Positions 14,166-26,501 of a stretch of DNA of 64,000 nucleotides are shown here, piece by piece. The position numbers were made by a program, and so were the translations under genes. The DNA comes from Amphiscolops sp. MND2022. Taxonomy: Eukaryota. How positions within the stretch are numbered: the first letter of the stretch is position 1; each line of letters opens with the position of its first letter. Under the pieces are notes generated by a model. The model searched no databases. It was not told the DNA's origin and was given only the letters and a program-made list of their open reading frames with translations. The stretch is from positions 8,868,001-8,932,000 of the forward strand of contig OZ076409.1 of assembly GCA_964187785.1 (NCBI GenBank). Direction: 5' to 3'.

Positions 14166-17100
14166 GTTTTTGAAGGTGATTAGAGCGAACAAAGTTGGCA
14201 TGCTTACTGCAGTGGAACAATTTGTCAACTTCAATCACCCAGATATTGCTTGAAATTAACAATACTGAGTTGCAAACAAAACACCGTGATCGTAATTTTG
14301 AATACTGTACGGACAAAGATGTCGCCCATAAGACCTCAGAAGCAATGACGTTTCCGTGAAGAGATCAAATCTAACGTTTCTTGAAGACAGATCTGTTTAT
14401 TTTGGATTCCAAATTCAAATATAGCAAGCATGTTGGCGTGTAGAAAACTTAGATTGCAAGGGCGGAGAGAATTTCCCAAGAATCTAACTCTATCAAAAAG
14501 AAAAGATTTTTGGTCAGTAAGTTCGGCTTTTTCTATCGTATGAAATCTCTCCAGTATCTCAAGTTATTCGGTTCTTTTGAAAAAACTAAGACCGTTGCAG
14601 AATTTTCGGATTACGATTTACAAATAAAATTATATCTGTTTTTTTAACGATAATCACTAGTTAACGATTATCCGCGATTCAATCACTAGCGTTGAAATGA
14701 AACACAACAGTCATCTCTTGTAGCAACTCAATCGTTAGCTTACTGCGAGCGACGAATCAGTTCTTTTCGCTAAACCAAGCTTTTGGTCCCTCGTATCGAC
14801 TCAAAATGCTTGTAGCTTTCCAATTCGGTTGTGTCTAATCCATTATTTCCAATTCCACCTCAATTAGGCAATCAGGCTTGTTCATCGCCCGTGTTTGTGG
14901 TGATCTGAGCTTCAGTTCTCTCATACTTGACGTTTACAATACTGGGCGTCGGCGTCTTCAATTTGCATGTGGTCACTCTAATGTGTATCTAATTATCTAT
15001 GACATAGTAAGTGCCTCTAGTTTTACTTCGACAAAACATTCTTTGCCGCCCATGACAAACTTTTCAACAAATTGTCCGCAGTTCACTTTCCTTGATTATT
15101 GAAACCTTTCAAAGCTACTTCTAATGTCTCGAAAACCGCTCCATGACCTTCATTTGCGTGAAAAACATGTTTGCTACCCGTATGAGGTACTCATCCGTCA
15201 TTCTCGGGTCAACTGTTCCCGAGTTACATGATAGGCGTATCGATTGTTTGCTTCAGGCGGTTACCCCCGGATGGGTTGCAGTTGCAGTTGAATTCATGCT
15301 AGCAGTCGACTACATTCGTTATCCGGTTCGTTTGAAACATTACAAGCCAAGGTCAAATGCTTCTTTTCAGCCGGCCCTGGGCGTTCGGTCTCGTGTAGCT
15401 CAGATAAACCTTACTCCTCGCACAATGGACCGTGTGAGATACTTCCCATGTATTTCAATTAGGGTTGGTAGGTGAACATCTTGGTGAAAGTAATCGGATC
15501 ATCTCGTGACGGGTTGCATAACTTTCGGGGTCAGTTGTTTACATAAGGACGCGTGACGTTGGGTTCCCAAATTATCTGTGAATGGCTTAAAATTTCTATG
15601 GGCTATCAAATCTATATAAAATATGACTTATTTCGAGCTCGGCCGACATGCCTGTAGTGATGTCGGCAAAGTGCATTTCTGGTGCTAATTGCCCTGGACA
15701 GAGGGGTCTTGGCGCGGTTCCGTTAGTATAAACAAAGGGCATAACAGCTCATGTATTCGTGTTCCAAGTTTCAGGTCTCTACAACTATTAATTGTTGAGA
15801 AAAACCGTTGGCAGGGGGTTTTGAAGAGTTTTGACGATTGGTTTTTCATAGTGAATCTTAGAATATTTCTGCTAAAAAGAGAAACTTGCACAATGTCACC
15901 GCCGACTTCATTTCTAATTCATATTTAACTGATGAAAAATATGGTCTGCTAAGCAAACACCGAGCGTGCCAAATTTTAAAAACGCATTCTGTCTGTTGTC
16001 TGTTCATCGCACAATAACAATGTGAGTTTATTAAAAACGCCAAATCTACAAATTCTACACTCTGCAAATTTGGACGTTCGTTCTCCCGAATAAAATTAAC
16101 GTCGTTGGTTGAACCGTGCAACGTGTCTTAAACAAAACGTTATGATGAGCGGGTGGGTTGGGCAAGGGTCAAACGATTTCAAAATCAAGTCATTATCGTT
16201 AACAGTATCTACAGTAATATTAAACAAATAGCATGACATCAACGTCAGAAAAACAATAGAAAAGGTATTTTCCATAACCTTGAAAGTAGTTCCAAAGGAT
16301 CAATTGGGGGTCAAGCAAAACGTCACTAAAAAGAAACAGTGCAAACAGTGGTTCGAAAATCTTGAAAAACATTGTTGTTTTTGTTTCACAATCCCAACAA
16401 AATGGAATTTTTATACTTCGAACCTACTTTCCGTTCAGCCGAACATCAAAGGAGGACGGATAAAATCGCTCAAACAAACGACCAAGCGGAGAACATCCTC
16501 ATTCTCCTTGTCTCCTCGGTGAGTCCTTGTTTCCACACTGTCCCAACGAAATACAATCAAATCGTTACACAAGAGTGTCCTAGGAGGCACCGTAAGTACC
16601 TCCTCCTAAGGCACAACGATAGGAGCCTCGACAAAAGTAATCGGTAAAATTGGGTTTCCCATCGAAGAAGCAAAAACGTCTAACAACTTGAACTTAACCG
16701 TCCCAACTCGGAAAGTACCAGTTGTTAATTTGAAGTCCCATGAAGGCCATAAGAACAGAAGAGTTAACGATCGAGTGTTGTCCAATGTTTCAAAAACGGT
16801 TTTGAGAGCAACCGAGATTTCCACCATCGAGCCTTTGTTTGCCTCAAATACTGCTATTTTTTTCATACGAATCAAGAATACTGCCTATCAAGTGTTCACT
16901 GCATAAACGTGCTTCTTGCTTTACGCCTACAGAGAAATCGACAAAAATCCACTCTCGCTATTTAAGTCACGCTGCCTAACTGCGAAAGAAAGTATTAAAA
17001 AATTAAACACGAACCATTATGATGGGTTCAAACGAATATGCCGAAAGAAGTGGTAGCACCAGGTTTTACGGAAAGGTCGCTACAATACAACCAAAACAAT

Positions 17101-18858
17101 AACGTTAATCGAGGAGAAATCTGCAATCACTGAGGAACATGGACGTGGGTCATATTGGTTAATAAATCAGTTTGTGTCACGGTTGGGATGATAGGCTTTA
17201 CACTAACAGTTTATCAGGCTAAACGCAGAAAACCTGCTTTTGGCAGTCCAGTCTTGTCCCTGGAAAACAAGTTGGATAAAGTTTCATCATCTTAATAAAA
17301 TTGAATTTGTGGCCGGCTAAGATTCGGTTCGCCCGACAACAAAGTTTCCTAAGACTAATAAGAAGAGATGAGTATCAGTTCTGTCCAAAAAAGATACCGT
17401 GATAGTCAGCGTTATGAAGTTTGAGATGCATAGCAGTGTCGTCTGATGGGCACGCATTGCCTCCATTTTATTTCCATTTTCTCCTACTTAACTCTTCTCC
17501 TGCGACTGCACAGGCGCCTTGCCTCAATTTGTCTCAGTCCCAGCCACAGCCAGTGTTCATACTTTTCGTCGGTCTTCCACCTGCCAGATCGGCTAGCACG
17601 GTCGTCGAAATCCTATTTGCTTCCATATCTCTTCCATATTAGCTCTTTCATATCTCTCAACCTTTCATCTAGCATTGTATCGTCTACGTCTTCCACAGCG
17701 GCTGTCGCTGGGTTCCAACGCATGTTCACCTGGATTTGGTTTTTAGGTTTGACCATCAGTTCTGTCAACTGCACTTGACGTTCCGGAAATGTATCCCTAT
17801 AAAATATTCCCTGGCTGCGAACAAGCACGTCAAAGTTGTTCATCATCGCGGTACACGTCATCACATCTGGGTGGGGCGCTCAGGAAGCTTCTGCATTGAC
17901 TCCACAGTGCTTGTCCTGAGAAACACCGTTTGATTTTTGAGCCTCGAAACAAGCATTCCATCGTTCCTTGTATTTGCAGGCGTTCTATCGTCACTTGTAT
18001 TGGCAGGAAACAATATTTCGCAAGAACAACCGTTCGGATTCGATTCAACATCCAAATTTCGCTCACGTTCATGCCTCTTGTCTTTCTCATATCCCACAGT
18101 GAAGAACTGATTGACATGCGACCCACGTGGGTTCGTTTGATGAGTAGTTCAGGAGCATCTCCTAACCCTTCCACGTTTTTCAGTTTGTCTGTGATCTGCT
18201 CACTGGTGAAAGTAAGGAACACAATCGCTTTTCTGAATGAATGAACGGAGGTTTTGAAAGAATAAAACCCCGAATTGTGACCAAAATTGACAAAAAAAAC
18301 GAAACTTTCAATTTTTTTTGGTATTTACATTTTTGTCAAACTTTCGAAAGACTTCGTGGATTTAAAACTGAAAACTTTGGGCTGGAAAAAATTTTTGTCC
18401 AGTAGACTTTTGTGAAGAGAAAAAAGCATTTGTTCGAACGAAAAATTCCTGAAACTGTCCCAAAAAACCCACAAACCCTTTTTTGCCAGTTTTTGTTGTT
18501 TTTCATACAAGTTGTGCACAATTTCCCCGATTGTTCATAGGTTAGAGGGTTCAAAAAGTTTATAGATGAAAAAACAAAAAAAACCTAGCTATGCACTACA
18601 CCTCTTTGAAGAGAAAGTTTCAGTGATTTTCGTTTTCAAATCCATGTTCCTGGAGAAGTTCAATTACTTTTTATCGGTTTTGATCAAATTCTTGCAGAAC
18701 TTGTGAAATTTTTTGTATTCCGAAATATCGAAGGTATTCTCAAGCAAGTTTTTCCAACAGGTTTACACAATCGTTCATATTGAGAAAAATCAAACGACAT
18801 TTTTGTCGATTTCTTGTCCGCTTTCGATATAGTTTCGTAAATTGAAAGGCTAATCAAA

Positions 18859-19610
18859 TGTAACGACCGGCTAGCGACGCACATCTAGGAAGAGGGACAA
18901 TGCCTAGGATGCTTAAACAGGAGACCGTTGTCTTACTACATACCTAGACACTAGTTTTTGATCCCAAAATGGTCTCCAAGGGGGACTTTTCTAACGTCTA
19001 AGGAGGCTTCTCTAGTTAGAGCTCCGAAGCGACGTGCCGGCACTCTCAAAGTCCGGACACGCCCCACAAGCCTGTAAAAACGTATCCTAGGTTCCTAATG
19101 CGTTCCTGCTATCTCCTACATACTTCCGAGGTCCAAAAAGGTGTCTAACTGAAATACATTATATGAGTGAATAAGGACTAAAATGAGGACCTAGTAGGTC
19201 AAACATTATCAAAATACGCTATAAACAGTCAAAACAGGTGGGGATAGGCCCCAATAAAGTATACAGTTACATTTCGGTGGCGATCATCGGCTTCCTGCCT
19301 CTGGCATCATTCCTCATCTTCGGGGCACAATGGTCTCATTTGGCACTTTTCTGCCAAAACCCTGTCTTTTTGCTGTCAGATGGCAGAATTCCTGATTCTC
19401 ACGCCTTCTGGGTGATGACATCTCGGACATTCTCGTTCCTGGGTGGTGGGGTGGGTCTTCTGGTGGTCGTTTTGCTTTCATTTTGCTTCCTCTACGGTTT
19501 TCGTACCTGCCGGGTCGGCCATCTTGAATGTGCTTGTTTGATACCGCACATTTCGAATTTTTGATCGAAATTTTCAAAAATTTCTGCAACGCCGACTGCC
19601 GGACGTTACA
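18859..19610 (-). repeat. 3' LTR of the non-autonomous element
   Basis: TG...CA ends; matches 23492-24243 with one difference seen (ATCAAAAT vs ATCCAAAT). Confidence 0.93.
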
Positions 19611-19620
19611 TCCTCCCCGG
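19611..19620 (-). promoter_or_regulatory. Polypurine tract (CCGGGGAGGA on the minus strand)
   Basis: Purine-rich tract directly abutting the LTR. Confidence 0.7.
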
Positions 19621-20439
19621 GCCGTAGTTTGTCGTCCTCGACAAACGAGAGAGGACGTTCACATCTTGGTTGCCACCATCCAGTGATCCAGTGATACTGT
19701 TGCAACATGGTACGTCAGGAATCTAAATGGAAGTCATTGCCCAAAAACAAGTTATTGCCCAAAAACAAGAGTTTTTGCCAGCCTAGCAGGCTTCCTTGGA
19801 CTCCACACCAACAACAGGTTCTTGCACTGGAAAAATATTAGCAACTTTAGACACTTAGCCTTATATTCAAAACAATTTCAAACTTTTAATTTCGCACCAA
19901 AATTTCAAAATTTCTAGCACCTTATTGCATCTGCATAAAAGGCACTCAATACAATATGTTTGGCACTGACCAGGAGCCCACCTGATAGGTTAGGTTTTAC
20001 AAAATGCACGATAGCACTTGAAATGCACTGGTGAAACAGGCCTCAAAAAATCAAAAATATCACCAAAAATGAGGAACTATTCAATCTATTGTGTCAGCAG
20101 TGTACGCTCAGTTAAAGTTATTGTCTAGGTAGTACAAGCACCAGCGTATATGCAAGAGATGGAAACAAACTACTTTTCAAGAGGATGACAATGTCAAAAG
20201 CGATGATAGAGCAGGACCAATAAAAGTCAAAAATCAGGCACGATAGATCATGAAAACAGTCTTCGGCATTAAAAACAAGTTCCAGAGCAATCATTCGAGT
20301 TCTAAAAGCACGGCCGCAGGCCAAGCAGTTCTCAGAGCTTCGAAGCTCTAGGTGTTTCATCATGCTTGGTGTTGACTTCTCTCGGGAGAGTATGGGTACT
20401 CCCCGGGCCAATCTCTTGTCCGGTGTTTTCACATCGACA

Positions 20440-20700
20440 TGGTTCACGCAACTGTGGTATCGAGCACCAAGGTACACCTTAGGCATGAATTGAGCAGCGA
20501 ACACTGATTTTTCGAGAAGCCTGCTTGGCTACAGATGTTAGATTGTCTGAAATGTCCGCTTGTCACTCATGTTGCCATGTTTCTGGAGGGCACAAGTAAT
20601 AACAAAAATGTGATTAGAGGCTACCGGTAGTCCTTGGGGGTAAGTAGGAGGAGAGACACTGAGTTTGAAGCGGTTTCTTGCCTTACGATCGTAGTACGAT
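20440..20700 (-). pseudogene. Trace of a Gypsy integrase C-terminus
   Basis: Minus-strand peptides YYDRKARNRF and AAQFMPKVYLG resemble the YYDRK and GPY/F-region motifs. Confidence 0.45.
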
Positions 20701-23460
20701 CAGAAAAAGCGTTCTTTTTCAACTATGGTAGTCACTTGTGTACTTGTTGTTCTGTTTCGAGACGCACTGCGTTCAAAGTCTGAACCTCTAAAAGTGCCTA
20801 TAAACGTGCTCCAGCAACCACGGGGCTCAAAAACCATTGCGCATGCATGTTCACAATGGATAGATTGCACTTGGGTGACTTTGATAGCAGTCAGGAGGCG
20901 AATTTCCATTTTCGGTTTTTCACCTCTATGTCTCGCAGACCGGTTTTCTCAGAGACCCGAGATCTTAGGGTCAGCTTAGCACTAATCAAAGTGATTCAAG
21001 AAGACGTCCTGAGGGCGCTTGGTATGCTAATTGGGTCGTCTTGGCCCTCACTGGCACGTACACTGAGAAAAACTATGTGATTTTTTGCAAAAATGCCAAA
21101 ATTCAACAATTTTTTCGTCAACATGCACCTCCGGGGAAGGTGAAAATCACTTGTAGCGCTGCTAGCGACCTGAAAATTTCACACCGTCTAATACACTGGT
21201 TGAATCGTGGGGAATGAACCTCCGATTGCGTCAAAATTGACCCTGTGGGTGTCACGGCCACTTAACAATGTTCACTGAAAAATTGACTATGTCGTGGAAT
21301 TCACAAAAAGTGGTCAAACTCGCCTTCGAGGCGTCCCAGCCACCTGAAATTTTGCATGCGAGCGTAACTTTTGCCTACGTAACAGAAAAACAGAGCGGCG
21401 AGGTGCCTTGATTAACATCTGGCGATATGAAGTGACAAAACCTTGATGTACCAGAGGTACCACTTTTTCGGGTCAAAAATCACAAAAATGTCAATTTCTC
21501 AGCTTTGGCTAGTAGCCGGCTGCTCAAATTGCACAAATCGTCGTAATCCAGTGCCGTGCGCACGAAAATGCAAGAATTTTAGTGTTGGGATACCTGCGAA
21601 GTATTGCACTATGCTCAACTAAAATTCAAATTTTTCGACATTTCCACACGATTTTTGAGCAAAACTGCGGCTAAGATTTCTCAATCAGTAGTAGTGCTAG
21701 CGCTACGAAAATTACACCACTAACGTAACTTTTTATGGTCTACACGATGATGCAATCCGTTTGAGGCTGCTCTTATTAGGAGAGATTTCGACCTGTGCTG
21801 GAAGCACTACTACATGGTTCCCAAAATGTCGCAAAGATAACGCGTTTTCAGCTATTTCTCAACAACCACTGGTTGGAATCACTCGCGGTTTTCTGCGTTT
21901 GTGACGTTGCACTCTATAATAACAGAAAAAGGCAAGCGAAACCTGGTAGGTTCCAATTAAGGTCTCTCAAAAATTTCCCAAGTTACACCTTTTACATTCT
22001 GGGAACAATGTGAAAAATACGTATTTTCCCTAGCAACTTTTCATTTCTCGGTTCCCAGATGTTCGGGATAGTTCTAAACGTAACGTAAAAAAGGTGTAAT
22101 AACTTTATTCACGGGACTGGGGTTGTTTCAATTATTAGTTTTGATGTTATAACTCTCAGGTCTATGGGGTCCTCTACTCATGTCTATGTATAACAATAGA
22201 AAGTCAAGGGTTAAACTATCAATTTATATTGGGGAAGGGTAAAAAACGTCTTGGCAGTAGTGTTTTGTACCACCAAGCTCGGGAACAATGTTTTTGAGCA
22301 GCTCTGAAAGCTTTGGAACAAACGCTCAAGGCTTCGCCCTCACCACATTTGGTCTGTTAGGCCAATTTTGGGTCTTCACAAACAAAAATCGCTATTTTTT
22401 TTGTTTTCAAGTAAATTAGCGGGTTAAAAAGTTTTGTTCCTAGCCAGATAGGTCTAGTGGAACATTTTTATTGTATTGCCACTGGCCGTACCCTCTTCTG
22501 AAAAATTTTGGCTTTTGTAACTAATGATGACCGATAAATGGCTATTGTATTAAAATGAAAATTGGCTGGTAACTTATTCAATATTTCGTTGGAGGGCCTC
22601 AAAAAACTGCTTGACGATAACGTTTTCTGATATCTGGCTCGGGAAAAAGAATTTTAGGTGGCTCGCAATGCTCTGAGAAAAACGAACAGGGCTTCGCCCT
22701 CACCATTTTTCGTCTCAAAGTCCAAAGTTGACGTTTTCAAACAAAAATCGCTAACGTTTTCGGTGTTTTTCACAATTTAGCTAAACAAATTTTTCTGTTC
22801 CTGACTTGATACGTCTAATGGAACGTTTTTATTGTATTCCCATTGGTCGTATTATCTTCTGAAAAATTTCGACTTTTAAAAGTAACTAAATCGAAATTAG
22901 AGCTATATAGGGTGTTATGGCTAGCTCGCTATATTTTTTCAGAAAACAATCGGAATACCCAGTGGGTATTTTTCTCAGTTCTTACTAATAGGAGTACGCT
23001 TGGGAATAGGCTTTTAAAGCCACAAAAACAAAAAAGGAGATTGTAACCCAGCCGATTCGTAGTGGTCCACCAGTGAGTCAAGAGGGTGTTGTCGTGAAGG
23101 ACGTCGCACCATCGTCACAGCTAGTGGAGGCGCTCACATCACGTCCCTGCAGTCCCAATACATTACAACTAAGCTGAAATGAGACTACAAAACCCTTTAA
23201 AACAGAATCCGGTTAAGCCGGATGATTAATCTCGGTAAGCAGAAACGGTGTCAAAACGGTACTTTGCCGTAAATCAGTTATTTCTCTTTCCAGACCCTGG
23301 AAACATGCAGGAAACGCAGGAATTCAGCTAGAAGAAAGCCTAAAAGGCTTGATTAAGGCAATAAAAATAATCTAGGACTCTCCAAAATGTTTTCCTAGAT
23401 CTGGACCCTTCGGGGCCGGAAAGCAGAAGTTGCTCCTACCTGTACGCAATATGAAAAATA

Positions 23461-23475
23461 TCCCTGTGGTCGCCA
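23461..23475 (-). promoter_or_regulatory. Primer-binding site, probably tRNA-Arg (TGGCGACCACAGGGA)
   Basis: The plus strand TCCCTGTGGTCGCCA resembles the 3' end of metazoan tRNA-Arg(TCG), recalled as ...GTGGTCG-CCA. It lies 16 nt inside the LTR. Confidence 0.6.
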
Positions 23476-23491
23476 TAAAAACTATTCCAGA

Positions 23492-24243
23492 TGTAACGAC
23501 CGGCTAGCGACGCACATCTAGGAAGAGGGACAATGCCTAGGATGCTTAAACAGGAGACCGTTGTCTTACTACATACCTAGACACTAGTTTTTGATCCCAA
23601 AATGGTCTCCAAGGGGGACTTTTCTAACGTCTAAGGAGGCTTCTCTAGTTAGAGCTCCGAAGCGACGTGCCGGCACTCTCAAAGTCCGGACACGCCCCAC
23701 AAGCCTGTAAAAACGTATCCTAGGTTCCTAATGCGTTCCTGCTATCTCCTACATACTTCCGAGGTCCAAAAAGGTGTCTAACTGAAATACATTATATGAG
23801 TGAATAAGGACTAAAATGAGGACCTAGTAGGTCAAACATTATCCAAATACGCTATAAACAGTCAAAACAGGTGGGGATAGGCCCCAATAAAGTATACAGT
23901 TACATTTCGGTGGCGATCATCGGCTTCCTGCCTCTGGCATCATTCCTCATCTTCGGGGCACAATGGTCTCATTTGGCACTTTTCTGCCAAAACCCTGTCT
24001 TTTTGCTGTCAGATGGCAGAATTCCTGATTCTCACGCCTTCTGGGTGATGACATCTCGGACATTCTCGTTCCTGGGTGGTGGGGTGGGTCTTCTGGTGGT
24101 CGTTTTGCTTTCATTTTGCTTCCTCTACGGTTTTCGTACCTGCCGGGTCGGCCATCTTGAATGTGCTTGTTTGATACCGCACATTTCGAATTTTTGATCG
24201 AAATTTTCAAAAATTTCTGCAACGCCGACTGCCGGACGTTACA
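23492..24243 (-). repeat. 5' LTR of the non-autonomous element
   Basis: 752-bp direct repeat of 18859-19610. Confidence 0.93.
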
Positions 24244-25002
24244 AAACTCCAAAAGATTTATACAGCCAAGAAGTACGCCCCAAATATGAAATTAGAAGTT
24301 TCCAATGAAGACCAATACCACAGATTGAACAAACAGTCGATAAGTTTTCATGCGTCAGATTAATCAAAATATTCAACAAAAAAGCAGTATCAAAATTGCG
24401 CTCTCTGGGAAAAGGGTCTCTTGTAAGTTGAGAGTCTCAAAAGAGCCCAAATTAGTCGGGAAAATCATAGCTTGCCATATTTTTTACAACTTCAATGTTT
24501 CTTTTTCAGAGTTATGCAGTTTCGTGGACAAACAACACCTCAGAATAACCCAAAAGTTTCGAAACGCTTTTGACGTTTTTATGCAGCTTTTCCATAAACT
24601 TGTTTAGCAATTTACTGGCGTGCAAGATTTTAGAAACACAAAAATAACTAAGTGTGGTATCCAGCAGTCGGTTTTGATAGAAATAATCACGAACTTTTGT
24701 TAGAATTGGTCTCGAAGAAAGCACCAAACCAAAAAAAATATATATACTTTTTGTGACACAATATTTCCAGTTTTCGTTCACGACTTGCTCGTAGAACAAA
24801 ACATCCATTGGCAGTTCATTGAAACAATGGCAGTTCAAATCGATGGAAAGAAAAATGGGATTAAGTCACTCGAATTTGAGAACAACGTGTCAAAGCATCC
24901 GAGGTTTCTCAGTTATCCGAAAGTCTTCCCTCGTTAGAAAATACACGAGCAAGCTCGAAACATAAATAAGTACCTATACGGGTTACGAAAAAATAATTAT
25001 AC

Positions 25003-26501
25003 TGTCGCAGGCGGCCGCCTGTGACGGAATATTATATCAAGTTGGACCCGAAGACGATGACACTAATCCCAGACCGGGTGTTTTGCCTATTTAAGAGAAA
25101 AACTCCGCAATACGTTAATTATTTAGTTAACAATCCCCTCATGCATTTTAGTTCATTCATTCTTATTCATCTCTACATGTAAATATGAAGTCTTATTAAT
25201 GTGACTCAAGGTCATTTTGACGGCATGAATAATTATATTTTGGTGCAATCTTATGTAAATTAGTTGTTACATCGCATTAATAACAATAATGTGAACTAGT
25301 ACCAAAAGGTGCAAAACGCTGTACAAGCAGTTAATTTGATTGACGTTAATAATAACAATAGAAAGCAAGATGACTATCCAAGTGAAAGGAAACGCGTTCA
25401 ACTGGTACGCTGCTGCCGTCTAGTTGACGCGTAGTCACTTCGCTTCTAACCAATCACGGCGCTACATTTAGTTATAGTTCAATGCCGTCATGCGGACGTT
25501 AGGTCCAATTAGTTAACGCATGTAGTGTTAAATCTGTAGTTGCATGAAAATCACCGTTAGCATGTACCTGTTATTAACCAGTATGTTGCTTCTATTTATA
25601 GAACCTATGACGTGTAGTCATATGTCACCTCCGTTGCTATATTTAGAATTGTGACGTAATAGTTATTTTTAATAATGATGTCATTACTATTTTTACCCAA
25701 TGACACCCTAAATATTGAGTGTCATGCTGTAGTTGCTATATATATGCAAATTTCCAGTAAGGGATTCATTCAATACGATAATCTCAATACAAACCGTTCT
25801 GTCATACACTTTCGATTCAACAATCTACTATTGAACAAAACCTTCTTTTGATATGCCTTCAACTAGAAGACAAAAGGCGAAAGAGAAACGTTCAAGGCAA
25901 TCCGACATAATGTCTGATATTGAAAATCTAGATGTGATGCTCGGAAATTATTCAAACACTGAATTTAGGGACCAAAACGCAGTAGATGAAATAGAGATTG
26001 ACCCTGAGTCAAATAGACGGCATCAAGGTTTTAGCCATGAGGAAAGTAACTATAGGTCTCTTTTGAATGCAAATTTGAGTGAGAATAGTGAAGTTACAGT
26101 AGAAACCAGTAGAGCAATCAGTTCGGAAATTTCTTCACAAATGTCAAGGAAATTGGAAGAAATGAAATCTGACCTAAATTCCCATATTATGGAGGTAATA
26201 AACTCCGCTATTGATGAGAAAATACTACCTAGCATCGAAAACGTCATAGTAAATCATGGGGAGCGCAAAAACGCTAAGTTGGACCTTCGGTCAGATGGAC
26301 GGCATCCGAGTAGAAATGTCCCTATGGACCAAACTTTGGACCTTGGGTCATATGGACGGCATAAAAATAAGTTCAGCCAACAGGTCCAGGACTCAGGAGA
26401 GAATTTTCCTAGACTAAACACAACAGTAAATAACCTTCCAAGTCATCAAATGGAATGTTTAGGAGATTCTGAACAAAGTGAAAATGAAGAAGGTTATGAC
26501 A
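25003..26501 (+). repeat. 5' LTR (1,499 bp)
   Basis: Direct repeat of 39485-40983, no differences seen. Starts TGTCGCAGG, ends TTATGACA. Confidence 0.96.
25736..25746 (+). promoter_or_regulatory. Candidate LTR TATA box (CTATATATATG), with a CCAAT box at ~25450
   Basis: TATA-like run ~110 bp upstream of the gag ATG. Position only, no transcript evidence. Confidence 0.35.

Larger units (their letters stand above)
18859..24243 (-). mobile_element. Non-autonomous (LARD-like or internally decayed) LTR retrotransposon, 5,385 bp
   Basis: Two 752-bp direct repeats bounded by TGTAACG...CGTTACA; PBS and PPT on the minus strand; no long internal ORF. Flanks share only AAA, so there is no clean TSD. 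Confidence 0.9.

Noticed and set aside
19238..19589. Short ORFs inside the 752-bp LTRs
   Set aside because: No recognisable motif; duplicated only because the LTR is.
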